A DNA stretch of 63,222 nt, counting the filler, from Candidatus Rokuibacteriota bacterium (GTDB lineage: Bacteria > JAUVQV01 > DATDCY01): NCBI GenBank assembly GCA_031406795.1. It is 4 parts of 4 records of this genome, joined end to end, with 100 filler letters (N's around TTAATTAATTAA, not from the genome) between each part and the next. Parts side by side here need not be neighbours in the genome. Positions count along the whole stretch, not along the records: positions 22,092 to 44,799 come from JANOHV010000165.1; positions 44,900 to 61,284 come from JANOHV010000210.1; 2 more parts are not named here. One strand, written 5' to 3'. The notes below the pieces were generated by a model. That model did not search any database, was not told where the DNA came from, and was given only the letters and a program-made list of their open reading frames with translations. Shown here piece by piece: positions 43,309-52,761 of this stretch; position 1 is the stretch's first letter, and each line of letters opens with the position of its first letter. Position numbers and translations under genes: made by a program.

Positions 43309-43833
43309 TCATGTGTTCTTTCTCAACCAGCCATAAGGAACAATGGCCGGAACCTTCTTCCGGTAGGCCTGGAATTCCTTGCCGAATGTCACTTCCAAAT
43401 AGGCCTCTTCTTCTTTGACCAATGCGACCGCGACCAGATACATCACAAAAGGAGCGGACAAGAGCGGCCACGAGCTCAGCAAGAGAGCAATGCCGGGAAC
43501 AAAGAAGACAATCCACGCCGAATACACGGGATGGCGGCACATGCTGAACGTGCCCGTCACGACGAGTCGTCTTGCCTTGAATGCGCGGATGACCGTCAGG
43601 ACGGACAAGAGATAGAACGGAATGCCCAAAAGGACCAGAATGGTGCCTGCCGTTGCCAACGTCGAGTATGGAACGAGAGTGATCGTAAGGCGAGGGTCGA
43701 AGTAGCGGGTCAGCGCCACCATGACAAGGCAATAAAGCGCGGTATAGACGGCGAACCTGGGGCCGACACCATATTCCGTCATTGGCTTCGTCAATGCACT
43801 CACCTCCGCTCTCCTGTTCTGAGTTGCCGGCAT
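43309..43833 (-). CDS. ICMT/PEMT-family membrane methyltransferase
   Basis: LVVTGTFSMCRHPVYS..EEEAYLEVTFGKEFQAYRKKVP. Confidence 0.88.
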   Translation of the reverse strand: MPATQNRRAEVSALTKPMTEYGVGPRFAVYTALYCLVMVALTRYFDPRLTITLVPYSTLATAGTILVLLGIPFYLLSVLTVIRAFKARRLVVTGTFSMCRHPVYSAWIVFFVPGIALLLSSWPLLSAPFVMYLVAVALVKEEEAYLEVTFGKEFQAYRKKVPAIVPYGWLRKNT

Positions 43834-43956
43834 CGTCTTTCTCTCAGTTTTCTATCATTTCTTCGGGCCTCAACACTTGATCTGGTCCCGGGCTCACCAA
43901 CCGCCGCGCCCTGACTCGCGATCAGGTTACGGCCTTGGGCAGTATCCTTCTCCGAT

Positions 43957-44262
43957 TCAGGAGGACGACCAACAAGGTGCCCAAGATATTGAACGGTAGC
44001 CCTCTTGCAAGCGCGACAGCCAACTATAACGCCAGGTTCGATGGTTTTTTAGATCATCGGGCTTCAGCCCGGTATGTTTAGAAATGCGGGCGAGCATCTT
44101 TGGGCCGATTTCTTCTTTATCGTGAAACGCGAAGATGTAGTGTGAGAAACCGGTCTTGCTGAGAACTTTGTGTGACGTCCCTGATTCGCGTTTGATCTCC
44201 CACCCGATTCGGATGAGGGCTGAGAGAACTTGCCGGGCCCGAGTGCTCGGCCGAGCGCTCAT
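43957..44262 (-). CDS. hicA: HicA toxin with lost stop/extended tail
   Basis: LIRIGWEIKRESGTSHKVL..FAFHDKEEIGPKMLARISKHTGLKPDDL. Confidence 0.85.
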   Translation of the reverse strand: MSARPSTRARQVLSALIRIGWEIKRESGTSHKVLSKTGFSHYIFAFHDKEEIGPKMLARISKHTGLKPDDLKNHRTWRYSWLSRLQEGYRSISWAPCWSSS

Positions 44263-44615
44263 GCTGCAGCGAATGTTATGTTTTGAAGGTTCGGATCCAG
44301 TTCGCCGTGCTCAAGCCGGTCGGCAATGACTCGAAGAGCGAGCGCCTGGGCTCTGGCGGTAGCTTCCGCCTCTGACACGCCATAGGCAAGGACACCCGGT
44401 AGTTCACCGATTTCCGCCAACCATCGCCCGTCGTCTTCTCGCTCGATTTCAACGATGAGTTTCATTTCCTCACCTCTTCCATTGTCTGGCACAATTTTAT
44501 CATGCTTTTCAATGCTATTCTTTTCCATCGAACGTAGCGTTTAGCACGCAGGCGCGTTTGCGGGCGCCTTGGAACCGGCCTTCACCTCTTCTCATTGAAC
44601 GGTAGCCCTCTTGCA
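43988..44615. repeat. 22 bp perfect direct repeat bracketing hicBA
   Basis: ATTGAACGGTAGCCCTCTTGCA at 43988-44009 and 44594-44615. Confidence 0.9.
44259..44465 (-). CDS. hicB: HicB antitoxin (short form)
   Basis: IEREDDGRWLAEIGELPGVLAYG. Confidence 0.9.
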   Translation of the reverse strand: MKLIVEIEREDDGRWLAEIGELPGVLAYGVSEAEATARAQALALRVIADRLEHGELDPNLQNITFAAA

Positions 44616-44663
44616 TCCGGGTAGAATCGGCGGTCACCCGACCGGTCCCCCCACAGAACCGTA
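44616..44663 (-). mobile_element. Group II intron 3' terminal remnant
   Basis: TACGGTTCTGTGGGGGGACCGGTCGGGTGACCGCCGATTCTACCCGGA (end of DV plus DVI-like). Confidence 0.6.
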
Positions 44664-44799
44664 ACTCCTCGCCCTACCCCGTCTTGTCGGCAACGCGCTG
44701 AGGGGTGATTCTGGTGCCTCCAAACAAGGAGGAGCCGGGATGATCGAGAAGCAGCGGGAAGAGCTACGCCGACGAGTATCCGAGATTCAAAGTCGCAAG

Positions 44800-44899
44800 N
44801 NNNNNNNNNNNNNNNNNNNNNNNNNNNNNNNNNNNNNNNNNNNTTAATTAATTAANNNNNNNNNNNNNNNNNNNNNNNNNNNNNNNNNNNNNNNNNNNN
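44800..44899. other. Artificial contig linker
   Basis: N-run + TTAATTAATTAA + N-run. Confidence 0.98.
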
Positions 44900-45054
44900 C
44901 AGCCGACCCGTCACGGTGCCCGGGGCTCGCAGTCTCGTAACTCGCCTTCGGCTCAAACAACGAGCCTGCGTCCCTGCGGGACCGCCCCGGTCAACGCGCC
45001 GGGCTTAACGGCTGCTCCGCGCATCTTCCCTCAGTGACGCCCCAGCCGCCTCGC
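44900..45054. repeat. Repeat family R2, partial copy
   Basis: Near-identical to 59941-60095. Confidence 0.9.
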
Positions 45055-45401
45055 TGTTGTATGCAACGGAGAGGCTGATCAAAAGGGTCCGGATGCAAGG
45101 CGCCCGACGAGCGGATGCCGAGACGTACGAGGTGTACGTCGCAGGCAGACGCGAGGAGGGCAACGCCGCAAACGGGCCCTTTTCAGCGGCCGAAACGGTT
45201 CGGGCGCATGGCGGAGCGCGAGGGCACCTGGGCGGCCGCACCGGAGCGTCCCCGCAGGGGCGAAGCGTGCTGTTTGAGCCCCGCAGGGGCGAGTTGCACG
45301 CTTCGAGCGCAGGGGCGGACACGCCCAGGTCGAGCGCGCAACTGGCGACCGCACGGCGCCGCCTCGCCCCCGCACGGAAAACGGAACCCCCTCAGCTGCC
45401 G

Positions 45402-46664
45402 TTATGTCGGGTACTCGGCGTTGATCGAGACGTAGTCGTGCGTCAGATCGCAGGTCAATACTCTGTCGCTGCCGCCGCCGAGACCGAGGTCGATCGCGAA
45501 GCGCAGCACCGGCTCCTGCATCTCTTTGGCCGCCCGCGCCATCCGCGCCGGTGAGACGCCGCGCCCGGCGGAGACGACCGCCTTGCCGTTCAGCGTGATC
45601 GAAACCTTCTCCGGGTCGACGCGCACGCCGGCATACCCCACCGCCGCCGCGATCCGGCCCCAGTTCAGATCGCGTCCAAACCAGGCCGTCTTCACCAGCT
45701 TCGAGTTGGCCACGGCATCCGCCACGCGGTGCGCATCGGCCGCGCTGCGGGCGCCGGTGACCGCTATCTCGACCAGCTTGGTCGCCCCCTCGCCGTCGCG
45801 CACGATCAACTCGGCGAGACGGCGGCAGATCTCCTGAAGAGCCGCGGCGAAGCGCTCCCGGTCGGTTCCGGCGGCCGGGACACGCGCGCCGGAAGCCCCG
45901 CCCGCCATGAGCACGACGGTGTCGTTCGTGCTCTGATCGCCGTCGATGTTGACGCGGTTGAAGCTCCGTTCGACCGCCGCGCTCAGCAGCCGCCGCAGCA
46001 GCCCCTGGGGGACGACGGCGTCCGTGGTGATGTAGGCGAGCATGGTGGCCATGTTCGGGTGAATCATCCCGGCCCCCTTGCACATCCCGCCGACCCGCAC
46101 GGTCCGGCCGCCGATGCGCAGCTCCAGCGCCGCCTCTTTGACGAACGTGTCCGTGGTCATGATCGCCTGCGCGGCCCGGCCGCCGCCGGCGGCTTCGAGG
46201 GTGCGCACCGCCTCCGGCACGGCGCGGACGATCCGGTCGGCGGGCAGCGGCCGGCCGATGATTCCGGTCGAGGAGACCAGCACGCGACCCGCGGGGAGTT
46301 CGAGGTGTTTCGCGACGGCGGCGGCGACCATCCGCGCGCGCCGATCGCCCTCCGGACCGGTGGCCGCGTTGGCGTTGCCGCTGTTGACGAGGATCGCCTG
46401 CAACGGCCCGCCCTGTCTCAGCAGCGTTCGCGCCAGTTTAACCGGCGCGGCCGCGAAGCGGTTGGTCGTCAGGGTCGCCGCCCACGCCGCGGGCCGGTCG
46501 GCGAAAATGCAGGCCAGGTCGAGCCGGTCACTCCCGCTCTTGATCCCCGCCGCGCTGCCGGAGGCGAAGAAACCCGCCGCAGCCGTTACGCCTCCCGGCA
46601 CGGACCGGGTGCCCTGCGGATCCCGCCACGAAACTTTCGGTGGTGCCTTGATCTCGTTCGTCAT
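45402..46664 (-). CDS. argJ: Ornithine acetyltransferase
   Basis: NSGNANA, SSTGIIG, KGAGMIHPNMATML and RDGEGATK. Confidence 0.96.
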   Translation of the reverse strand: MTNEIKAPPKVSWRDPQGTRSVPGGVTAAAGFFASGSAAGIKSGSDRLDLACIFADRPAAWAATLTTNRFAAAPVKLARTLLRQGGPLQAILVNSGNANAATGPEGDRRARMVAAAVAKHLELPAGRVLVSSTGIIGRPLPADRIVRAVPEAVRTLEAAGGGRAAQAIMTTDTFVKEAALELRIGGRTVRVGGMCKGAGMIHPNMATMLAYITTDAVVPQGLLRRLLSAAVERSFNRVNIDGDQSTNDTVVLMAGGASGARVPAAGTDRERFAAALQEICRRLAELIVRDGEGATKLVEIAVTGARSAADAHRVADAVANSKLVKTAWFGRDLNWGRIAAAVGYAGVRVDPEKVSITLNGKAVVSAGRGVSPARMARAAKEMQEPVLRFAIDLGLGGGSDRVLTCDLTHDYVSINAEYPT

Positions 46665-46674
46665 CGTGAATCTC

Positions 46675-47715
46675 CTACGGAAAAAGACCCGGTGCATCGA
46701 GCCCGGCCGTCTCGGGGACGCCGAGCATCAGGTTCATGTTCTGGAGCGCCTGCCCCGAGGCGCCCTTGACCAGATTGTCGATGACCGACACGACGACCAG
46801 CCGCCCCCCCTGCGGGTCATCCGTGCAGCCGATCCGGCAGACGTTGGTCCCCGCTACATCGCGCACGCTCGGCAGCTTCCCGTCGGGGAGCACCTTGACG
46901 AACGGCTCGCGGGCGTACGCCTCGCGCAGCAGCGCCCCGACCTCGCGCACGCCGGTGCCCGCCGGCGGTACGAGGTAGATCGTCGCCTCCATGCCGCGGC
47001 TCAAAGGCACCAGATGCGGCGCGAAGGTCAGGCAAACCGCGCGGCCCGCCGCGGCCATCAGCTCCTGCGCCATCTCGGGCTGGTGCCGGTGGCGTCCGAT
47101 GTTGTAGGGGGTCAGCCCCTCGTTGACCTCACAGAACAGACTCCCCTGCTTGAGTCCCCGGCCCGCGCCCGAGACACCGGACTTCGCGTCGACGATCGCG
47201 CCGAATTGACCGAGCGCGCCGCCGCGCGCCAGCGGCAGCAGCGCGAGCAGCGTGGCGGTCGGGTAGCAGCCGGGGTTCGCGACGAGGCGCGCCTCCCGCA
47301 CCCGCGCCCGGGCGTGTTCGGTCAGGCCGTATGCCGCCTCCGCGAGCAGGCCGGGCGCCGTATGCGGCTGGCCGTAGACGCGCTCGTACACCGCGGCGTC
47401 GCGCAGCCGGAAATCGGCGGAGAGATCGACGACCTTGAGGCCGCGCTCGAGCAGGGCCGGGACGACCGCCATCGCCTCGAGGTGCGGCAACGCGACGAAG
47501 ATCGCCTCGACGCCGGAAGGCAGGCGGTCCAGGTCCGGAGCGCTGAAGCTCACGTCCGTGAAGTCGCGCAGGGAGCTGAAGACCTCCCCGGCCGGCACCC
47601 CGACGTGCTGGCGCGAGGTGGCCCAGCCGACCCGGAGCGCAGGGTGACGGCAGAGCAGCCGGAGCAGTTCGCCCCCGGTGTAGCCGCTCGCCCCGATGAT
47701 CCCGACCTCGTGCAT
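46675..47715 (-). CDS. argC: N-acetyl-gamma-glutamyl-phosphate reductase
   Basis: GASGYTG, ANPGCYPT and DNLVKGASGQA. Confidence 0.96.
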   Translation of the reverse strand: MHEVGIIGASGYTGGELLRLLCRHPALRVGWATSRQHVGVPAGEVFSSLRDFTDVSFSAPDLDRLPSGVEAIFVALPHLEAMAVVPALLERGLKVVDLSADFRLRDAAVYERVYGQPHTAPGLLAEAAYGLTEHARARVREARLVANPGCYPTATLLALLPLARGGALGQFGAIVDAKSGVSGAGRGLKQGSLFCEVNEGLTPYNIGRHRHQPEMAQELMAAAGRAVCLTFAPHLVPLSRGMEATIYLVPPAGTGVREVGALLREAYAREPFVKVLPDGKLPSVRDVAGTNVCRIGCTDDPQGGRLVVVSVIDNLVKGASGQALQNMNLMLGVPETAGLDAPGLFP

Positions 47716-47801
47716 CCGCCCCCCTCCCCTCCCGGTGCCCAAAAAACGTACGGGGGAAGAAGCCGTAGCCTCCTCCCCCGCCGAGAAACGCGCTGCCGCG
47801 T

Positions 47802-48197
47802 TTAGCGCTTGCTGAACTGGAACCGCGCGCGAGCGCCCTTCAGACCGTACTTCTTGCGCTCCTTCTTGCGCGAGTCGCGGGTGAGGTACCCGCCCCGACG
47901 CAACGCATCCTTGGCCGTCGGCGTCGCCATGACGAGCGCCCGGGAGATACCATGCCGGACGGCGCCGGCCTGGCCGGAGAGCCCGCCACCCTCGACCGTG
48001 GCCACCACGTCGAACTTGTTCAGGGCATTGGCGGCCTCGAACGCCTGCTGGATGATCGCCAGCAGGGTCTTGCGGGGGAAGTAGACCGCGACCTCTTTCG
48101 AATTCACGGTGATCGACCCCACGCCCGGCTTGATCCAGACGCGGGCCACCGCGGTCTTGCGCCGTCCCGTGCTGTAGGTCTGGGTGCTTTCCATCAC
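47802..48197 (-). CDS. rpsI: 30S ribosomal protein S9
   Basis: [22 protein letters not shown]. Confidence 0.98.
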   Translation of the reverse strand: MMESTQTYSTGRRKTAVARVWIKPGVGSITVNSKEVAVYFPRKTLLAIIQQAFEAANALNKFDVVATVEGGGLSGQAGAVRHGISRALVMATPTAKDALRRGGYLTRDSRKKERKKYGLKGARARFQFSKR

Positions 48198-48231
48198 GCT
48201 CGTGCTCTCCTTGACAGATGAATTCAGGGGG

Positions 48232-48663
48232 CTAGACAGTCTGCGGCTTCTGGGCCGTGTGCGGGTGCTCGGGGCCGCCGTAGACCTTGAGCTTGGTCAC
48301 CATGTGGCGCCCGAGAATCCCTTTCGGGCACATGCCGTGGACGGCGTGCTCGATCACGCGCTCCGGCTTCTCGGCGAGCTGCTTGCCGAGGGTGATCGTC
48401 TTGAGGCCCCCGGGATAGCCGGTGTGGCGGTGGTAGACCTTCTGTTCGAGCTTGCGGCCGGTCACCTTCACCTTGGCGGCGTTGATCACGACGACGTGAT
48501 CGCCGCAGTCCACGTGGGGCGTCCACTCCGGCTTGTTCTTCCCCATGATGATGCGGGCCACGCGGGTCGCCAGCCGGCCCAGGACCACGTCCGTGGCGTC
48601 AATGACGTACCACACGCGTTCCTGGGTTTCTTTCTTCGCCATCTTCGATTTGTAGGCAATCAT
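48232..48663 (-). CDS. rplM: 50S ribosomal protein L13
   Basis: [26 protein letters not shown]. Confidence 0.98.
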   Translation of the reverse strand: MIAYKSKMAKKETQERVWYVIDATDVVLGRLATRVARIIMGKNKPEWTPHVDCGDHVVVINAAKVKVTGRKLEQKVYHRHTGYPGGLKTITLGKQLAEKPERVIEHAVHGMCPKGILGRHMVTKLKVYGGPEHPHTAQKPQTV

Positions 48664-48742
48664 CTTCTCACTCCTTGCGCGTTCATTCCAACGAGAGTGC
48701 GCAGTGTAGACAGACCGCAACCCCTTGTCAAGGCATATGATT

Positions 48743-48907
48743 CGGAGCCGTTCACCCTTCAGTGAAGTGCGGTAACTTTTTCCGTTCGTGGTGAGCCTGT
48801 CGAACCACGAACGGGAAAGAGTCTTCATACAAACGCCCTTCGACGGGCTCAGGGCGAACGGTACTGATCGGGCCACTGTTCATTGAAGGGTTACCGGAGC
48901 CGTTCAC
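48743..48907. mobile_element. MITE-like element R4 with flanking 13 bp direct repeat
   Basis: Terminal inverted repeat CCCTTCAGTGAA/TTCATTGAAGGG; CGGAGCCGTTCAC at 48743 and 48895; second copy at 54252-54422. Confidence 0.7.
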
Positions 48908-49809
48908 AAGCTCGGCGCCAGCGATCGGAGCGCGCTCGCCAGAACCGGCTGGGTGAAGCGGAAGCCCTCGGCGATCAGCCGCCGCGGCAGGACGCGCTGG
49001 CCCGTGAGCAACATGTCGCCGAACTCGCCGAGAACCAGCCGCAACGCGAAGGCCGGTGCCGGGAGGAGGGCCGGGCGGTGCAGCGCCCGCCCGAGTTCCC
49101 GCGCCAGTTCCTGGTTCGTCACCGGTTCGGGCGCGGTGAAATTGTAGGGGCCGGAACTCTCCCGCCGCCCCACCAGGTGCACCAGCGCCCCGAAGAGGTC
49201 CTCGATGTGGATCCAGGAAAACCACTGTCGCCCCGAGCCGAGCGGCCCGCCGACGAATGCGCGGAACAGCGGCGCCATCAGTCCGAGCACCCCGCCTCCC
49301 GGGCCGAGGACGATCCCGAAGCGCGCGATCGCCACCCGCGGCCCCCGTTCGCGGGCGCGCAGCGCCTCGGCCTCCCAGTCGACGCAGAGGCGGGCGAGAA
49401 AATCGTCGCCCGGCCCGGCGTCCTCGCCGAGCTCCTCGTCGCCGTGGGAGCCGTAATACCCGACCGCCGAGGTCGAGACAAACGTGACCGCGCCGCTCGC
49501 CGGCAGCGCGTCGACGACGTTGCGCGTGGAGAGGATGCGGCTGCGGCGGATCAGATCCTTGGCCCCGGCGCTCCAGCGGGTGAAGATCGAGGCGCCGGCG
49601 AGATTGACGACGCTCTCGTGCCCGACGATCCGCTCCTGCCAGGCTCCCGCGACGGTGGCGTCGCCGGCGACGACGGCGACCGACGGGTCCAGCCCGCGCG
49701 GCCGCGCAGCCGCCAGACCCATCACCGTCACCTCGTCGCCGCGAGCCTGCAGGCGATTGGCCAGATTGACGCCGACGAACCCCGTTCCCCCGACGATGAA
49801 GACCCTCAT
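48904..49809 (-). CDS. TIGR01777/YfcH-like NAD-dependent epimerase
   Basis: GGTGFVG, VNLAG, SAVGYYG and GRQWFSWIHIED. Confidence 0.92.
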   Translation of the reverse strand: MRVFIVGGTGFVGVNLANRLQARGDEVTVMGLAAARPRGLDPSVAVVAGDATVAGAWQERIVGHESVVNLAGASIFTRWSAGAKDLIRRSRILSTRNVVDALPASGAVTFVSTSAVGYYGSHGDEELGEDAGPGDDFLARLCVDWEAEALRARERGPRVAIARFGIVLGPGGGVLGLMAPLFRAFVGGPLGSGRQWFSWIHIEDLFGALVHLVGRRESSGPYNFTAPEPVTNQELARELGRALHRPALLPAPAFALRLVLGEFGDMLLTGQRVLPRRLIAEGFRFTQPVLASALRSLAPSL

Positions 49810-50645
49810 GACCCCTCCCCCGCGACCGCGATCCCGAAGCGACGCCCAAAACGCTGCACGATCCCGTCGCGCTCCAGGTCGCCGAGCAGCCGCCGCACCC
49901 GCTCGCCGTCGTCCCCGGCGGCCCGGGCCACGGCGGAAACCGTCAGAGCCGAACCGCCGACGAGCGCCCGCACGATCGCGCCGCGCACCTGCCGGTCGGA
50001 ACCCTCGAAGCGCGACTGGCGCGTGTAGCCCCGGCTCCTGCGGTTCGGGTTGACCACCTGCTGCGCCAGAGCGGCGCCGTAGTCCATGAGGGCATAATAC
50101 CACTCCCGCGCCGATCGCGCGTCGAGCGCGGCCGCCACGAGCGGGAGCAGCTCGGCGTCCGGCACCGCCTCGCGGGCGGGGAAGAACTCGTGGATGAAGA
50201 CCCGGCGGATGTTGGTCTCGATGAACACCACCGGAGCGTCGAAGGCGAAGGCGCGGATGGACGCGGCGGTGGCGGCGCCGATGCCCGGCAGTGCGACGAG
50301 CGAGGCGGCGTCGTCCGGAACCCGGCCCCGGTGCGCCTGCACGAGGATGCGGGCGATCCGGTGCAGCGCCACGGCGCGGCGGTTGTAGCCGAGACCCTGC
50401 CACGCGGCGAGCACCCGCTCGAGCGGGGCGGACGCGAGGGCGTCGACGTCGGGAAAGGCGTCGAGAAACGTCCCGTATATCGCGCGCACCCGGTCGACCT
50501 GCGTCTGCTGGAGCATGACTTCGGAGACGAGAATCCGATACGGGTCGCGGGTCTCGCGCCAGGGCATGCTGCGCCCGTGGGTGCGGTAGTGCGCCCGGAC
50601 CTTCGCCCGGAAGGCGCGCATTGCTGCCGCAGATGGCGCGATCAT
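49806..50645 (-). CDS. HhH-GPD adenine glycosylase, short MutY-like form
   Basis: ILVSEVMLQQTQV, WQGLGYNRRA and LPGIG; no Fe-S Cys motif. Confidence 0.88.
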   Translation of the reverse strand: MIAPSAAAMRAFRAKVRAHYRTHGRSMPWRETRDPYRILVSEVMLQQTQVDRVRAIYGTFLDAFPDVDALASAPLERVLAAWQGLGYNRRAVALHRIARILVQAHRGRVPDDAASLVALPGIGAATAASIRAFAFDAPVVFIETNIRRVFIHEFFPAREAVPDAELLPLVAAALDARSAREWYYALMDYGAALAQQVVNPNRRSRGYTRQSRFEGSDRQVRGAIVRALVGGSALTVSAVARAAGDDGERVRRLLGDLERDGIVQRFGRRFGIAVAGEGS

Positions 50646-50774
50646 GGCTCTCTTGTGACACGGGACCCCGGCAGCCGTCAATCGCTCCGTTGATTTCCGT
50701 CCCGGGGTGTGTTCCCGTTTCCCGACAACCTGCTAAACTAGGCGGTCGACAACGGCCCGGGGAGAGTTGAACGA

Positions 50775-52757
50775 ATGCACGAGCACGGCGGACGCGGCAG
50801 GAGCGAGGCGGCGCAGAGCGGCCCGACCGTCATCCTGATCGGTCAGCCGAACGTCGGCAAGAGCGTCATCTTCGGGCGCCTGACCGGCAAGTACGCCGTC
50901 GTCTCGAACTACCCGGGCACGTCCGTCGAAATCACGACCGGGCAGCTGCACGTCGGCGAGCGGACGTTCACGGTCATCGACACCCCCGGCATCAACAGCC
51001 TGCACCCGCACTCGGACGACGAGCGCGTCACCCGCGACATCCTGCTCGAGCGCCAGCCGGACGTCATCGTCCAGGTCGCCGACGCGAAGAACCTGAGTCG
51101 GGCGCTGACCCTGACTTCGCAGCTGCTCGAATGCGGCCGCCCGCTGGTGCTGTGCCTGAACATGAGCGACGAGGCCGAGCAGGCCGGCGTCCACATCGAC
51201 ACCCGCGAGCTCTCCCGCCTGCTCGGGATCGAGGTCATTCCAACCGTCGCGCCCGAAGGCGAAGGGCTGGCCGCGCTCAAGCACGCGCTGCTGGTTCCGC
51301 GCATCGGCACTCCGCTCGTCGCCTACGGCCGCGAAATCGAAAAGGGGCTGGCGCGCATCGCCACGCTGCTGCCGCGGCACCCGTGGTGCGCGCGGGCGCT
51401 CGGGCTGATGTTCCTCGCCGGTGAACCGGGGCTGGAGGCCTGGGCCGCCCGCACCTACGGCGACGAAACCCTCGCCGCCATCCGGGCCGTCGCCGCCGAG
51501 GCCGCCGGGCACCTCGTGCAGCCGCCCGAAATGGTCATCCTGAAGACGCGCCGGGCCCGCGTTCAGATCGTCGTCACCCGTCACCTGCGCCAAGCCGCCC
51601 GTGGACGATCGCGCATCGCCGAAACCCTCGGCCGCTGGACGCGCGAGCCCGCCACCGGCATCCCGATCTTCATCGTCGTGATGCTCGCGCTCTACTACTT
51701 CGTCGGCCTGATCGGCGCCGGGGTGCTCGTCGGCCTGCTCGAGAACGACCTCTTCGGCGAACACCTCAACCCGCTCGTCGTGCGCCTGTTCGCCCTGGTG
51801 CCCTGGCCCTTTCTGCAGCGGATGTTCGCCGGCGAGTTCGGCCTGATCACGATGGGCCTGACCTACGCGTTCGCGCTCGTGCTGCCGATCGTCGGCACCT
51901 TCTTCCTCGCGTTCAGCCTGCTCGAGGACTCGGGCTACCTCCCCCGCCTGGCGATCATGTCCAATCGCATCTTCCGGCTGATCGGCCTCAACGGCAAGGC
52001 GATCCTGCCGATGGTGCTCGGCCTCGGCTGCGACACGATGGCCACGATGACCGCCCGCATCCTCGAGAGCCGCAAGGAGCGCTTCATCGTGACGCTGCTG
52101 CTCGCGCTCGGCGTCCCGTGCTCGGCGCAGCTCGGGGTGATCCTCGGCCTGGCCAACTACATCTCCCCCGGGGGCTTCGCGATCATCATCGCGGCGGTCG
52201 GCGGCTCGATGCTGCTTGTCGGCTGGCTCGCCTCGCGCTTCGTCCCCGGCGCCCCCTCGGACTTCATCTTCGAGATCCCGCCGCTGCGGCTGCCGCGGAT
52301 CGGGAACATCGCGATGAAGACCTGGCTGCGCATCGTCTGGTTCCTGCGCGAGGCGACGCCGCTCTTTCTGCTGGGCACCCTCGCGCTCTTTCTCGCCGCC
52401 GAGAGCGGCCTGCTCGTGCTGCTCGAGCGGGGGCTCGCGCCGCTGATCCAGGGCTGGCTCTCGCTGCCGGTCGAGACGACGAAAGTCTTCATCCTCGGCT
52501 TTCTGCGCCGCGACTACGGCGCCGCCGGCCTGTTCGCGCTGGCGACCGCGGACCCGCCGCAACTCAGCGTCAACCAGACCGTGGTCGCGCTCACCGTGAT
52601 CACGCTGTTCGTCCCCTGCGTCGCGAACTTTCTGGTCATCATCAAGGAGCAGGGGATCAAGCGGGCGCTGGCGATCCTCGGCTTCATCACCCCCTTCTCC
52701 TTCTTCGTCGGCGGGGTCATCAACTGGGCGCTGATCCTCTTCGGCATCCACCTCTAG
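50775..52757 (+). CDS. feoB: Ferrous iron transporter B
   Basis: GQPNVGKS, NYPGTSV, DTPG, LEDSGYLPR and PCSAQL. Confidence 0.95.
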   Translation: MHEHGGRGRSEAAQSGPTVILIGQPNVGKSVIFGRLTGKYAVVSNYPGTSVEITTGQLHVGERTFTVIDTPGINSLHPHSDDERVTRDILLERQPDVIVQVADAKNLSRALTLTSQLLECGRPLVLCLNMSDEAEQAGVHIDTRELSRLLGIEVIPTVAPEGEGLAALKHALLVPRIGTPLVAYGREIEKGLARIATLLPRHPWCARALGLMFLAGEPGLEAWAARTYGDETLAAIRAVAAEAAGHLVQPPEMVILKTRRARVQIVVTRHLRQAARGRSRIAETLGRWTREPATGIPIFIVVMLALYYFVGLIGAGVLVGLLENDLFGEHLNPLVVRLFALVPWPFLQRMFAGEFGLITMGLTYAFALVLPIVGTFFLAFSLLEDSGYLPRLAIMSNRIFRLIGLNGKAILPMVLGLGCDTMATMTARILESRKERFIVTLLLALGVPCSAQLGVILGLANYISPGGFAIIIAAVGGSMLLVGWLASRFVPGAPSDFIFEIPPLRLPRIGNIAMKTWLRIVWFLREATPLFLLGTLALFLAAESGLLVLLERGLAPLIQGWLSLPVETTKVFILGFLRRDYGAAGLFALATADPPQLSVNQTVVALTVITLFVPCVANFLVIIKEQGIKRALAILGFITPFSFFVGGVINWALILFGIHL

Positions 52758-52761
52758 CAAG

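Noticed and set aside
44740..44799. ORF start MIEKQREELRRRVSEIQSRK with strong RBS, possibly a transposase
   Set aside because: Only 20 codons before the contig end; unassignable.
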